A stretch of DNA of 64,000 nt from sequence record PQ356294.1. One strand, 5' to 3'. The notes below the pieces were generated by a model. The model was not told the DNA's origin. It saw only the letters and a program-made list of their open reading frames with translations, and ran no database searches. The stretch comes from Escherichia phage Ec_YwIITB1. The position numbers and the translations under genes are program-made. Every line of letters begins with the position of its first letter. Position 1 is the stretch's first letter. Of this stretch, positions 1 through 10,176 are shown piece after piece.

Positions 1-14
1 TTTTGAAATAAAAA

Positions 15-34
15 GGGAGAGCCTCGGCTCTCCC
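15..34 (-). terminator. intrinsic terminator-like hairpin downstream of gene 52
   Basis: GGGAGAGC-CGAG-GCTCTCCC stem-loop followed by U-run on the minus-strand transcript. Confidence 0.6.
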
Positions 35-185
35 TAAAATTACTGCATGACTGTGATAACTATCATGATAACACGTTGAATTCCGAACGCAAGAAGACCT
101 CCTGCTACAGCAGGAACAACACCTAAACCAGCCAGTAAAATGCTACCAGATACTAACGCAGCGCTTGTAATACCTATGAATGGAC

Positions 186-1514
186 TCATTTGATTTCCTC
201 TAAATCTTTGGTGTATTCTGTAACTACATCAGTAGTTTTCCAATATTCGTTTTCTTCTTTTTTGGCTTTAGCTTCTTCAGCAAGTTTCTTTGCTTCGTCA
301 GAAGTCATATGAAAAATATTCATTCCAACTAGTTTATCAACATAAGAAGAATACATATCAATTTTAGAAAGTTCTTCTGTTAGCTCTTTACGAGTTTTAC
401 CTTGTACAACAATTTCACCTGAAATTACTTTCTTAATGAAATGCGCCTTGGCAAAAGCTAAACGAAATGCTGATTCAGTTTCTTTTATTTTGTTATCAAT
501 TCGTTTTTGGACATAAGTTTTACGAACTTCAACGAAGTCTTTGATTAAATCAACTACGTTATCGTAAACTTGCAGCTTTCCTTTCTCATTAATGACGGTA
601 ATATTCTGGGAACGACGCTCAATCAACCCGAAGTCTTTCATAATTTTTGCATGGCGTTCTTCTTCGTTATCGCTTAAGGAATATTCTTTACGGAATTTAA
701 CTTTGAAGCCAAAACCATGCTCACCACAAGCATCATCCCATGTAATGAAGCCTTTATCTTCAAGCGGGTCTAAGATTTTACTCACATAAGTTTCACGATC
801 ATACTTATACGGAATCTCGGTGATATTCATTTGAGTTCGCGAAGTAAACTTGTACGTTCCACGAATTTCATATTGACCGTCAATTTCAACGACTTCACCG
901 CGAAATTCTGGGAATTCTACCTTCGGTTTAGTTACTTTCTTTCCTTGAAGAGCCTGTAGTACAGCTTTCTTGACAGAAGAAACGCTATGAGGAAGAATGT
1001 AAGTTGCATAACCAGTTGCAATACCGGAAACACCATTAAGAAGAACAGTAGGAATAATAGGCAAATAGAAAGCAGGCGGAATGTGTTCTTTATCTTGATG
1101 TACCGGAGCATATTCAGTATCTTTATATACGTTATAGAAATTTTTACTTACACGAGCAAAAATATAACGACTTGCCGCTGCTTTTTGAACGGTACGAGAA
1201 CCAAAGTTTCCTTGACCATCTAACAGAGGAAAGTTATTATTCCAAGTATTAGCCATCAAAGCCCCAGCATCTTGTGCAGAGATTTCACCATGATGATATC
1301 CAAGGTCTGCTACACCACCTGCGATAGATGCGAGTTTGTGAAACTTATCTTTATTTCCTCGTGCCAAATCAAGAGCTCGAGCAATAACAAATCGTTGAAC
1401 TGGCTTAAATCCATCAATCATATTTGGGATAGCACGATTTTCAACCGTGTACATAGCATAAGCCAATGCTTCATTATCAATGATACTTTTTAAATCGCGA
1501 TTATTCAGTTGCAT
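186..1514 (-). CDS. 52: DNA topoisomerase II medium subunit (gp52)
   Basis: 442-aa ORF with GyrA-like type IIA topoisomerase character; length and N-terminus (MQLNNRDLKSIIDNEALAYAMYT) match T4 gp52 as recalled. Confidence 0.92.
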   Translation of the reverse strand: MQLNNRDLKSIIDNEALAYAMYTVENRAIPNMIDGFKPVQRFVIARALDLARGNKDKFHKLASIAGGVADLGYHHGEISAQDAGALMANTWNNNFPLLDGQGNFGSRTVQKAAASRYIFARVSKNFYNVYKDTEYAPVHQDKEHIPPAFYLPIIPTVLLNGVSGIATGYATYILPHSVSSVKKAVLQALQGKKVTKPKVEFPEFRGEVVEIDGQYEIRGTYKFTSRTQMNITEIPYKYDRETYVSKILDPLEDKGFITWDDACGEHGFGFKVKFRKEYSLSDNEEERHAKIMKDFGLIERRSQNITVINEKGKLQVYDNVVDLIKDFVEVRKTYVQKRIDNKIKETESAFRLAFAKAHFIKKVISGEIVVQGKTRKELTEELSKIDMYSSYVDKLVGMNIFHMTSDEAKKLAEEAKAKKEENEYWKTTDVVTEYTKDLEEIK

Positions 1515-1820
1515 AAATTTACCATACTAGTGAATGTAGTGCCATAATAACATCAGAAATGAAAAGCACGACTTGAATTAATCCGAACATTACTCCATAA
1601 TATAGTGCTACCAATAAAGTAGCAAGGGCTAATGAATAGCCCAAGATTTTCTTAATCATTAGTAGATAACAACACAAATGTTAAATATGCACACATACCC
1701 TGAGATAAAGCTTGTGAAAACACGCTGTTAGCATCGTGCAGATAGTTAAAACACATGCTACTATCCAACAAATAAATGAAATAACTCCTAATAATTTTGC
1801 GATATTCATAATATTCTCCT

Positions 1821-1976
1821 CAACTATTTTTAGAACCAATGTACGCGAATAATGATAAAATCGCTAATACACCCTGAGCTGATGCTTGCAAAAATACTGA
1901 AGTTTCTCCGGTTATTACTGTTCCGATGCATAAAAAGAACCAACAGAAAAAGGCTATACCGTGAACAAATTTCATA
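1821..1976 (-). CDS. ac: small hydrophobic membrane protein (51 aa), ac-like
   Basis: ATG at 1976 preceded by GAGGAAAA SD; 51-codon hydrophobic ORF (MKFVHGIAFFCWFFLCIGTV...), not in the track because under 60 aa; position between 52 and stp as in T4. Confidence 0.45.
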
Positions 1977-1982
1977 TTTTCC

Positions 1983-2063
1983 TCACTGGCGTCCGAAGAC
2001 GCCTTTGGTTTTAAGATTGTTACGATAGAACTGCATCACATGTTCGTTATGGAAATTACTCAT
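1983..2063 (-). CDS. stp: Stp peptide (26 aa) coding segment, in frame with the C-terminus of the ndd ORF
   Basis: Last 26 codons encode [26 protein letters not shown], which matches T4 Stp as recalled; internal ATG at 2063. Confidence 0.6.
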
Positions 2064-2534
2064 ACACACCACACATTTTGCATAATATACCTGCAAAACA
2101 AATTTAAAGTTATCAGCCAACATACGGTTCATTTCTTCAAGTGTTTGATACTCAGAATGATGATTACGAGTAAACGCTAAAGCTAACTGACCTTTTCCAA
2201 ATCCAGTCGTTAGAGGTTTCATCTTAGAAGCAGGCAAATAAAACACTGCGTATGGAACATTATTATTTGCAATAGTGCGCGCGAGCTGAGACCGACGTTG
2301 ACGAATATGACTTAGAACTGCACTGAACCCTTGTTTAGAACGCTGATTACCTACATAAAATCGTGCAGATACGCATGAACCATATGAACCATCGAATTCG
2401 CTTACTAAAAAGTAAAATCCAGGGTTAGATAAAATATCTTTGTGCGGAGTTCCCAAAAACCATTCACCGCCCTTGATTGTACCAATAACAGTTGCGCCTG
2501 CATTATTCAAATCAGTAACAGTCATATATTTCAT
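1983..2534 (-). CDS. ndd: Ndd-like nucleoid disruption protein ORF (183 aa as read, continuous with stp)
   Basis: ORF starting [26 protein letters not shown] in the ndd position between stp and denB; SD upstream. Confidence 0.6.
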
Positions 2535-2593
2535 GTTAATTTCCTCTAATTATTTTCTACTCCAAGGCCGCATGAATACACACGGCCGATAAA

Positions 2594-2809
2594 TTAATCG
2601 TCGCAGTCGACGCTCAATTCCCAAAACTCTTCTACGGTATAAGTTTCAGTATCATTTTCAATACAGAAACGTTCATTGCTGTTATTTGCTAAAGTAGCGT
2701 TAACTGTCATTTTCTCGCTAGTGCTCTTAAGAGGTGAAATACGAATTAACTGATCACCATTATCTAAACAAAAAATTTCACCAACTTTTACATCTTTAAA
2801 AATTTTCAT
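2594..2809 (-). CDS. hypothetical protein (71 aa, ndd.x-like)
   Basis: Minus-strand ORF in the T4 ndd-denB small-ORF cluster; GAGG SD upstream. Confidence 0.55.
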   Translation of the reverse strand: MKIFKDVKVGEIFCLDNGDQLIRISPLKSTSEKMTVNATLANNSNERFCIENDTETYTVEEFWELSVDCDD

Positions 2810-2924
2810 AATTCACCTCAAGGAGTATAAAATCCGAATGCAGTTGTTGACCATCCCATCCAATACGGAAAATTTGCACCGACGTAAAACACGAGAATAT
2901 AAAACCAACCACTCAACAAATTTA

Positions 2925-3143
2925 TCATTTTACACCATTCCAAATTGTTTCAACCACAGATTTTAAGCCATTTTGATGAATGTCCATTCCGACAACTGCC
3001 ATCAAATAAATTCCAACTACAACTGAACCTAAGGCGAAAATCAGCATGAAAATGAATAAAGCTGGAAAAATATTATCAAAAAACCATTCAACAAATGTAA
3101 AAGCACTACGTTTACGCTTCATATTTTCCTCACATAAATCCAA
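2925..3143 (-). CDS. hypothetical small membrane protein (72 aa)
   Basis: Hydrophobic ORF (FIFMLIFALGSVVVGIYLMAVVG) on the transcribed strand. Confidence 0.5.
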   Translation of the reverse strand: MDLCEENMKRKRSAFTFVEWFFDNIFPALFIFMLIFALGSVVVGIYLMAVVGMDIHQNGLKSVVETIWNGVK

Positions 3144-3240
3144 AGTAAGCGTTTAATACATCAATCATTAAAACGATTGGGAATATACTCAAAACTACTA
3201 GTATTATAACTACATTCCATATAGCTTTAACAATCTTTTT
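3130..3240 (-). CDS. hypothetical small membrane protein (36 aa); track ORF 3130..3378 is over-extended
   Basis: ATG (MKKIVKAIWNVVIILVVLSIFPIV...) sits just downstream of an early promoter module and GGAGG SD; the upstream part of the track ORF is translated promoter sequence. Confidence 0.4.
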   Translation of the reverse strand, partial: KKIVKAIWNVVIILVVLSIFPIVLMIDVLNAYFGFM

Positions 3241-3270
3241 CATTTTCTGTTCCTCCGTAGTTGATAGTTG

Positions 3271-3301
3271 TATAGTACCACAGAGGAACAGTCTTGTAAA
3301 C
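3271..3301 (-). promoter_or_regulatory. T4-type early promoter module (-35 GTTTAC, -10 TACTAT)
   Basis: Minus-strand GTTTACaagactgttcctctgtggTACTATAC followed by GGAGG SD; module repeated at 54857 and elsewhere. Confidence 0.6.
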
Positions 3302-3486
3302 AACTTTTTTAAAAATATTCGTAATAAATGTGAATACCAACTACTACCGCTGAAACTTGCGCAACCCACCATGCACAAGCAATAAGTACAGAATTCAAAA
3401 TTTTCATAATAACCTCATTACAAAAGTAAATGTTAAACAAATTAGTGGAATACTAATTAACCAAATAAAACACCACCATAATGAAC

Positions 3487-3750
3487 TCATAGTTCAATCT
3501 CAGCGATTTTCATTTCATTACTATTAATAGCCGCTTTAAGACTATCTGAAAGAATTACACTCCAGTGGTCATTCATATGGCCATTAACTAAGCGTGTAAT
3601 TTCTTCGGGAGTTGAAAAATAAGGCGTATCAGACTCCCAATGCGATAGTCCCAAGCGAGTATAAATCATGCCTTCATCATCGCTAGAATATTCAACCGAC
3701 ACAAACTCATCAGTTATTTTATGTTTAGCGTAATAAAATTTAAATTTCAT
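3487..3750 (-). CDS. hypothetical protein (87 aa); start re-set to ATG after SD
   Basis: ATG at 3750 (MKFKFYYAKHKITDEF...) preceded by GGAGGAG SD; track start at 3810 lies inside the promoter. Confidence 0.5.
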   Translation of the reverse strand: MKFKFYYAKHKITDEFVSVEYSSDDEGMIYTRLGLSHWESDTPYFSTPEEITRLVNGHMNDHWSVILSDSLKAAINSNEMKIAEIEL

Positions 3751-3777
3751 TTTTACTCCTCCGTAGCTGATAGTTGT

Positions 3778-3807
3778 ATAATACCACAGTCCTTGCGGTA
3801 TGTAAAC
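3778..3807 (-). promoter_or_regulatory. T4-type early promoter
   Basis: Minus-strand GTTTAC...(18 nt)...TATTAT then GGAGGAG SD. Confidence 0.6.
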
Positions 3808-3823
3808 CATTTTGTGAAATTTT

Positions 3824-4381
3824 TTAAATGGAAAGATACCATCCGTTGTAGTTGCTTTTTCTTACAACCTTACGAAGGTCTTCTCTATCACCGATGAACT
3901 TCGGAGTGTACTGGATGACACCTGGATGAATTTCTTTAGTGTTGAATATAATTATACAGTCAGCGACCTGATGATTCAGAATGGGCCCTAGATTTATTCC
4001 AGAACCGTATGGATACTCTCCGCTGCATCCTGTTGTTACAGAAATCCAACGTGAGTCAGTTTGATGTGTCTTAACTTCTACACGAAGCCCGCAGTATCTT
4101 GGATGCGCCAATACATCCCATGCGTATGTATACGGGTCATTAACATCCTCTTGGCCTTTGTTAACATACCCGCTTAGCCAATCTGCTACAAAAAACTCTG
4201 CGTACACCGCGATACGGCATCTTTCAATGACTTCTGCTTTATCCTGATTAGGATTTTGTTTTAAAGAGTATCTTGCTGTATCAGCAATTTTGACCTTCAT
4301 TTCACTAGTCAAGTCACTGTTCGATAGGGTAAATGTCGGAATCTGAAATAGTCTCTGTAAACCCGGATTCGTTTTCTGCAT
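3824..4381 (-). CDS. denB: endonuclease IV (DenB)-like protein
   Basis: 185-aa ORF in the denB position upstream of rIIB; length equals T4 DenB as recalled. Confidence 0.65.
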   Translation of the reverse strand: MQKTNPGLQRLFQIPTFTLSNSDLTSEMKVKIADTARYSLKQNPNQDKAEVIERCRIAVYAEFFVADWLSGYVNKGQEDVNDPYTYAWDVLAHPRYCGLRVEVKTHQTDSRWISVTTGCSGEYPYGSGINLGPILNHQVADCIIIFNTKEIHPGVIQYTPKFIGDREDLRKVVRKSNYNGWYLSI

Positions 4382-4643
4382 TTAGACTTTCCTTTTTACC
4401 GCTGAGATAAGCGTTATATACTTTAAGAGTGCCGTAATAAATTCGGTCATTTTCATCTAAAGACTCACGGTCAAGTTCATCGAGTTCCTTTTTATCCATG
4501 ACTATAACATCATTGCAGTAAAGAAACCCAAGTTTTTCGTGACCAAACTCAAATTTATTGCAGTACACAATATTAGCGTGATGATTTCCGTGTAGATTAA
4601 TCTCTTTTATGTCGGAATCACCGATATTCATACAATAAATCAT
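4314..4643 (-). CDS. hypothetical protein (109 aa, denB.1-like)
   Basis: ORF with AAGGGAAA SD downstream of a hairpin; overlaps denB 5' end. Confidence 0.5.
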   Translation of the reverse strand: MIYCMNIGDSDIKEINLHGNHHANIVYCNKFEFGHEKLGFLYCNDVIVMDKKELDELDRESLDENDRIYYGTLKVYNAYLSGKKESLNAENESGFTETISDSDIYPIEQ

Positions 4644-4662
4644 AATTTCCCTTAAAACAAAA

Positions 4663-4676
4663 AGGGCCGAAGCCCT
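4663..4676 (-). terminator. UUCG-loop hairpin with U-run
   Basis: Minus-strand GGGCUUCGGCCC followed by UUUUUGUUUU. Confidence 0.5.
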
Positions 4677-4870
4677 TATTTAAATTGTGCAATTCTTTTT
4701 TCTAAACAATCTGCATAAGATTTCATTGAGATGAGCTGCGAAAGCATCAGTTCTTGCTCAACTTCATTAACTGATAGAAACTTTGTGCTTTCTAAAAATT
4801 TGCTCAGTGCATTAATTTTGAGCATTAATTGATCGTATTCTTCTTTTACTCGTGCTTGATAACCTAACAT
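4676..4870 (-). CDS. hypothetical protein (64 aa)
   Basis: ORF with AAGGAAAA SD directly downstream of rIIB and a UUCG hairpin. Confidence 0.5.
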   Translation of the reverse strand: MLGYQARVKEEYDQLMLKINALSKFLESTKFLSVNEVEQELMLSQLISMKSYADCLEKRIAQFK

Positions 4871-4884
4871 AATTTTCCTTAGTT

Positions 4885-4900
4885 AAGGGCCGAAGCCCTT
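4885..4900 (-). terminator. UUCG-loop RNA hairpin immediately 3' of rIIB (structural; weak terminator)
   Basis: GGGCUUCGGCCC directly after the rIIB stop; no strong U-run. Confidence 0.4.
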
Positions 4901-5837
4901 ATTTAAATTGTTCAGTAACGTCTTCAACTACTTCGTATTGGCAGGTACGCATTTTAGCATCGTTGTAATCAATCGGAATTGATACTACATCACGCGGATG
5001 CACTTTAACTTTTACAACTCGACTGGTTGAACTGCCAAAGTGACGAATATAAGATTTAGAACACACATGCAGACCACGAGAACAAGTTTGTGTATCATCG
5101 TCATTCACGCGAGTACGTGGCATTTTAACTACTTTACCGGGACTGTTGTCAAAAGTATTTGAATGGCAGTCAAAGTAATTGCTGCGAACTACTTTCCAAG
5201 CATAGAAGTAGCCATCTTCTGTAATTTCAATATCGTTTGCTACCAAGAAATCAAAGAGTCGAGATACCGCTTTTTGGCTTGGGTTTTCCAACAGATTTTC
5301 CAAGAACGGAAAATAAAATTCAAAGTTTTCGCCTTTTTCCATCGAATCGAGAATACGATCAACTAAACCAGACCGCAATTCAATATTTTGATAGAACAAG
5401 CTTCCACCTTCAATTCGAACATCACCGGAAATATATTTTTCAACAGCACGACGAACGTTAATTTTTTGCGCCGCTTCTTCCAATTTATCTGCAACAAGCA
5501 GATTAAGAATTTCCTGGAAGTTTGAATGAGTATTAGGAGTTGCGTTATAAGTTACACCGTCAACAGTAATTGAAATGAATTTTTTAGATGCATTCCAAAT
5601 AATGTCAGATTTAGCAACTGGAGCAATAACTGCATCGCTATTAACTTTAACTGTAATATCACCGCTAATAGTAACTTTGGGACGTTTAGCTTCTTCAGCA
5701 TTTTTCAAAACACGACGGATTGTGTCAACCGATACACCTTGCCAATCAGCCAATTCCTGCTGGGTATAATTGCCGCTTGAATACAGTTTGACGATTTCAG
5801 CTTGTTCGTTTTTGGTCAGGCATTTAATATTGTACAT
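4899..5837 (-). CDS. rIIB: rIIB protein
   Basis: 312-aa ORF (T4 rIIB length) immediately downstream of rIIA; N-terminus MYNIKCLTKNEQAEIVKLYSSGNYTQQELA. Confidence 0.9.
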   Translation of the reverse strand: MYNIKCLTKNEQAEIVKLYSSGNYTQQELADWQGVSVDTIRRVLKNAEEAKRPKVTISGDITVKVNSDAVIAPVAKSDIIWNASKKFISITVDGVTYNATPNTHSNFQEILNLLVADKLEEAAQKINVRRAVEKYISGDVRIEGGSLFYQNIELRSGLVDRILDSMEKGENFEFYFPFLENLLENPSQKAVSRLFDFLVANDIEITEDGYFYAWKVVRSNYFDCHSNTFDNSPGKVVKMPRTRVNDDDTQTCSRGLHVCSKSYIRHFGSSTSRVVKVKVHPRDVVSIPIDYNDAKMRTCQYEVVEDVTEQFK

Positions 5838-5848
5838 AATTTTCCTTA

Positions 5849-8026
5849 TTAGGCCGCAAGGGCCTTCATAGTTTTAGCGATTTGGGAAACTTCATCATCA
5901 CTTAAAGAGTTGCGATAACCGATGAAGTCGGAAACAATACGGAATTTCTTGGTAAACTCAGCAACCATTTTATCACTGTTTTTTGAAGCATTATATGATA
6001 GTGTTTCAAAAAGATTAGTTACTGTCCAGATGTCATGACCGATGGTATCTTTTCCACCGTTGAAATATATCCCCCGCAATGAACTAACCATATTACCGAG
6101 TCGTGTATATTCTTCGGAAACTTCATCTGTACTGAAGTACTTCATCATAAAATCTAATTCAGGATACTTGATAATTTTATCAATATATCGTTGAGCTGAA
6201 CTTGAATAACCTACGTACTTATCATAATCTACATCATCAAAAGCATCTACATATAAATCACGCAGAGTTTCAAAAATACATTGGCACTGACCAAGTTCTT
6301 TTACCTTTTTCTGCAAAAGCGGACGAATAACATAAAATTCATTAATGCCAATAAGATTAGCCATACGAGTCAAAATACTTGTAGATGGATTACAAAGCGA
6401 TGTAGTACCATCCATAGAGAAAATATCAGAACGATGCATATATGCTACGTAACCAGTAATTTCATCTGCTTCTGATGTGAGTGTAAACAGTTCCTCTTTT
6501 TCCCAGCGTCCGTCTTTAATTTCAAACTTAAATGCAGTAGCAGCTTTAGGACGAGGAGCTTTACTTTTAACTACCTTTGGAATATAACTTTTAACTAAAG
6601 CTTCAATTTCTGACAAATAATGAATGTTAACTTCATCACTTTCAAACATTGCCATAATATCAGGGAGTAAATCAATCTGTGATTCTACTTCCGGATTAAT
6701 AAACAGAAGACGCTCATTATGATGAATATTCAAAGTGTTGTTAAATTCTTTATCATCTAATGCATGCGCTAATCCACGGACAATATTAACACGATTTTTA
6801 ATATTATCAATAACAATATTAATTTTTGTTGTATTAATACCAAACAGACGATAACTTGATGCAATGGCCGAAGTTTCATGACTTTGCTTAATGCGTTTCA
6901 GTCGAGGGTCAAGATTTACTTCATACACAACTCCTGCATTACATAACTTACTGTCAGGTTCAAACATGCTTTGCATCTTTTTATATGACAGATTTTTAGT
7001 CGTAAATTTGACTGAATTACTAATCATATAATCTCGAGCAGAATATCCCATCTTCATCAATTCACGGTATGTATGACGAGGAGATGTAGATTCTTTAAAT
7101 CGTTTTACATCTTCATTGAATGCCTTCTCACTAAGCTCTTTAACACGCTCAATAATATTTTTACGAGTACGATCATCCAATGAAAGAGCTTCGCGTGATG
7201 GAGCAATATCCAGTGAACCCATTGGAAACTTAATGTAATTCACTTCATTGCGGATGCTTAACCAGTTACGGTCTCTAATAACACCATCAATAGGATAAAC
7301 AATACCACCATAGATAGCATATAATCCACCGCGATCTAGCCAATATCTTTCTGGATTTACACCGTAATAGTCATCAAAATCCGGAAAATAATCAATTTCG
7401 CGGTCAAGACCATTAATGATAGCCAAATCTTTGAATGGTCGCATGATATAAGAAACTTCATAAGCAAAGTTTCTAAAGTCCTTTTCTTCAACTGGAACTA
7501 CGATTTCAATACCAGTTTTATCATTTGGACCCATTTCTTTTACGAATGTAGGTTTAATTTGCGGACCATCACCATCCATGTAAGCTACATAACCGCGAAT
7601 TTCACCTTTATGATACGAAGTAATACTAAATGTATCAGTATAGCTAAACGGAGATTTAGAACCTAAACCAAATCCGCCAATGAAATCGTTAGATTCAGCC
7701 TTAGATGAACTGAAGTATGAATTATACAGCCCAGGAGAATTATCATCACCCTGAATATCAAAATCGCTCATACCCGGACCAAAATCTCGGCAAACAAATC
7801 GCGGATCTAATCGTCCTGGAACTTGAATGATAAATTTTTCATGATTTCCATTGAGAGCATGGGCGTCAATCATGTTGGTAATCAATTCACGGACTACTGC
7901 GCGAATCTTGTTTGTATACAAATCAGATGATAGAATTTTAAATACTTTAGGATTTGCTGCGATGCTAAATGCTTTTGATTTAGAACCATTACCAAGAATT
8001 GTTTCTTTTTCAGTGGTGATAATCAT
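5849..8026 (-). CDS. rIIA: rIIA protein
   Basis: 725-aa ORF (T4 rIIA length) with GHKL-ATPase-like N-terminal region; classic rIIA-rIIB adjacency. Confidence 0.92.
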   Translation of the reverse strand: MIITTEKETILGNGSKSKAFSIAANPKVFKILSSDLYTNKIRAVVRELITNMIDAHALNGNHEKFIIQVPGRLDPRFVCRDFGPGMSDFDIQGDDNSPGLYNSYFSSSKAESNDFIGGFGLGSKSPFSYTDTFSITSYHKGEIRGYVAYMDGDGPQIKPTFVKEMGPNDKTGIEIVVPVEEKDFRNFAYEVSYIMRPFKDLAIINGLDREIDYFPDFDDYYGVNPERYWLDRGGLYAIYGGIVYPIDGVIRDRNWLSIRNEVNYIKFPMGSLDIAPSREALSLDDRTRKNIIERVKELSEKAFNEDVKRFKESTSPRHTYRELMKMGYSARDYMISNSVKFTTKNLSYKKMQSMFEPDSKLCNAGVVYEVNLDPRLKRIKQSHETSAIASSYRLFGINTTKINIVIDNIKNRVNIVRGLAHALDDKEFNNTLNIHHNERLLFINPEVESQIDLLPDIMAMFESDEVNIHYLSEIEALVKSYIPKVVKSKAPRPKAATAFKFEIKDGRWEKEELFTLTSEADEITGYVAYMHRSDIFSMDGTTSLCNPSTSILTRMANLIGINEFYVIRPLLQKKVKELGQCQCIFETLRDLYVDAFDDVDYDKYVGYSSSAQRYIDKIIKYPELDFMMKYFSTDEVSEEYTRLGNMVSSLRGIYFNGGKDTIGHDIWTVTNLFETLSYNASKNSDKMVAEFTKKFRIVSDFIGYRNSLSDDEVSQIAKTMKALAA

Positions 8027-8036
8027 AATTTCCTCA

Positions 8037-8240
8037 TTAATTCATATTGCGTTTAATAACTTCAGCAACTTCTAGTAGTTCATCTTTAGTTGCAGTATCG
8101 GATTGAATTTTATCTCTAATATCCTTAAAGCGGTTTTTAAACTCTTCGGCTTCTCCAATATCGAAAAAGCGTTGAATGATTCTATATTCTCGATGAACTG
8201 CTTTATCAAAAAGTTCTAAATTTACTCTGTATGATTTCAT
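8037..8240 (-). CDS. rIIA.1: rIIA.1-like small protein
   Basis: 67-aa ORF directly upstream of rIIA, downstream of an early promoter with GAGG SD. Confidence 0.65.
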   Translation of the reverse strand: MKSYRVNLELFDKAVHREYRIIQRFFDIGEAEEFKNRFKDIRDKIQSDTATKDELLEVAEVIKRNMN

Positions 8241-8265
8241 TTCAATATCCTCATTTGCCCAATTA

Positions 8266-8295
8266 ATTATACCACATCCTTGTGGTAAAGTAAAC
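8266..8295 (-). promoter_or_regulatory. early promoter upstream of rIIA.1/rIIA
   Basis: Minus-strand GTTTACtttaccacaaggatgtggTATAAT. Confidence 0.65.
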
Positions 8296-10115
8296 TACTG
8301 GCTCATCCATTCTTTACGAAGGTCAGCATTATCTCCCATGAGCATTTCAAAAAGCTCTTTCCAATTCTCAGGAAGTTTAACAACATCATATACTGGGTTT
8401 TGAATCATCTCACGATATTCAGATTTTTCCAAAGAGCCAAGTCCCTTAATATAACGGATGCTATGTTTAGGTAGAGCATCTTTGGCACTCTCATATTCAG
8501 CGACTGTATAAAACCATTCTTGTTTTTTACCGACCTGAGCGATGATTACAGGAGTTTTGACGAAACGAATTCTTCCTTGTTCAAACAGTTCTGGCCAATT
8601 GCTAAAAAATCCGAGCAGAGAAGGATAAATGCTTCCTAGACCATCATGGTCGGCATCGGTCATAATTGCAATATTGTGATAATTCAAGTTTTCAGCCTTT
8701 TCACCAAGAACTAATCCGGTGATTGCGCAAATATCAAACAGTTCTTTATTTTTAAGCATATCAGCATATGACATACCCCAACTGTTGAGAACTTTACCAC
8801 GTAATGGATAACCACCATGAAGTTCTTTATCACGAACATCAATGAGATATCCAATAGCCGAATCGCCTTCAGTCAAGAAAAGAGTAGTATCAGCATCTTT
8901 ACCACAAAGATTCGCTTTAATGTGTTTATGAACCTTAGCTTTAGAGGCCTTTTTAGCTGCTTTAGTTTCTGCTGCCTTTTCTGCCGCCAATTTACGAGCC
9001 AAAGCAGCTTCAATAATTGGCATTAAAATTGCTTCATTATTTAAAATAGCGCGTGAAATCTTTTTAGCATCAAGCTGAATATGACTACGAATTTCACCAA
9101 ATGGAGAAGTCAAACGCTCTTTAGTTTGAGAATCAAATCGCATGTTTTTCATATCACGAACAAACATGACGATAGTCAAACATTCTTTAACACGTGCTTT
9201 AGTTACATCAATTTTGAACTTACGTTTGATTTGTGGAATAAGGTCTTCACAAATATCATCCATAACGCAGTCAATATGATGGCCACCATTCTTAGTATGA
9301 ATGTTATTGACGTATGTTAATTGACGAAAACCATCTGGTGAACGACCGACCGCAATAGAACAATTTTCTTGTTCTTGAACAATAGCATGCTCATCATATT
9401 GGCGTGCATATTTCTTAAAATTGCCCTGAACCTTTTTACCGTTAAAGGTAAATTGAATATCAGGATAAACTACTGCAAGTGTCTGGAGGCGATCCAATGT
9501 AATGTCAAGATAAACCTGAGACAGCTCATTAGTTTCAAATGACATAAAATCAGGAATGAAAGTAACGCGTGTTCCTTTCCATTTTCCAGGAATATCTTCC
9601 CATGATTTATTTTCCATGCCATTTGAACAACGAACTACAATATTATTTTGACCGTCGCCAGTTTCACCGACAAACATCACAGAAAAAATGTTAGTTAAAC
9701 TAGAACCAACACCGTTCATACCGCCAGTGACGCGTTCTTTGTCATCACCAAAGTTACCACCTGCTTTTGGAATAGTCCAGGCAGCAACGGGACCAGGAAT
9801 TTCTTCACCGGTAGGTGTTTTAACCATCGCTTGTGGAATACCGCGACCATTATCTTCAACTGTTACTTGGTTGTTTTTAATAGTAACATTAATTTTATTC
9901 GCGAATTTAAACTTAGTACGAATACCTTCATCTACTGAGTTATCGATAATTTCATCAATAAGCTTAACAAGACCAGGTACATACTGAACACTTTCCCATT
10001 TACCAAACAGAAAACGCTCATGCATTTCATTAGCGGAAGAGCCAATATACATGCCACTACGCTTTTTGATATGTTCAATATCGCTCAGAATTTTAATTTC
10101 ATTCTTAATCATCAC
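8295..10115 (-). CDS. 39: DNA topoisomerase II large subunit (gp39, contiguous 39+60 type)
   Basis: 606-aa ORF with GyrB-like ATPase and TOPRIM regions; single uninterrupted frame. Confidence 0.93.
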   Translation of the reverse strand: MMIKNEIKILSDIEHIKKRSGMYIGSSANEMHERFLFGKWESVQYVPGLVKLIDEIIDNSVDEGIRTKFKFANKINVTIKNNQVTVEDNGRGIPQAMVKTPTGEEIPGPVAAWTIPKAGGNFGDDKERVTGGMNGVGSSLTNIFSVMFVGETGDGQNNIVVRCSNGMENKSWEDIPGKWKGTRVTFIPDFMSFETNELSQVYLDITLDRLQTLAVVYPDIQFTFNGKKVQGNFKKYARQYDEHAIVQEQENCSIAVGRSPDGFRQLTYVNNIHTKNGGHHIDCVMDDICEDLIPQIKRKFKIDVTKARVKECLTIVMFVRDMKNMRFDSQTKERLTSPFGEIRSHIQLDAKKISRAILNNEAILMPIIEAALARKLAAEKAAETKAAKKASKAKVHKHIKANLCGKDADTTLFLTEGDSAIGYLIDVRDKELHGGYPLRGKVLNSWGMSYADMLKNKELFDICAITGLVLGEKAENLNYHNIAIMTDADHDGLGSIYPSLLGFFSNWPELFEQGRIRFVKTPVIIAQVGKKQEWFYTVAEYESAKDALPKHSIRYIKGLGSLEKSEYREMIQNPVYDVVKLPENWKELFEMLMGDNADLRKEWMSQ

Positions 10116-10139
10116 TTATCCTCGTTTGGTTTCGGGAAT

Positions 10140-10176
10140 ATTATACTCCGGTAATCATAAAGCTAAAGGCCCGAAG
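10140..10176 (-). promoter_or_regulatory. candidate MotA-dependent middle promoter upstream of gene 39
   Basis: Minus-strand TTTAGCTTTA (MotA-box-like, about 12 nt upstream of -10) ...ccggag TATAAT. Confidence 0.45.

Noticed and set aside
592-1493. Plus-strand track ORFs (592..789, 987..1223, 1272..1493) inside gene 52
   Set aside because: Antisense to a confidently identified conserved gene, no SD, low-complexity translations; typical AT-rich noise.
5163-9987. Plus-strand track ORFs overlapping rIIB, rIIA and gene 39
   Set aside because: Embedded antisense within long conserved genes; no ribosome-binding sites; not supported.
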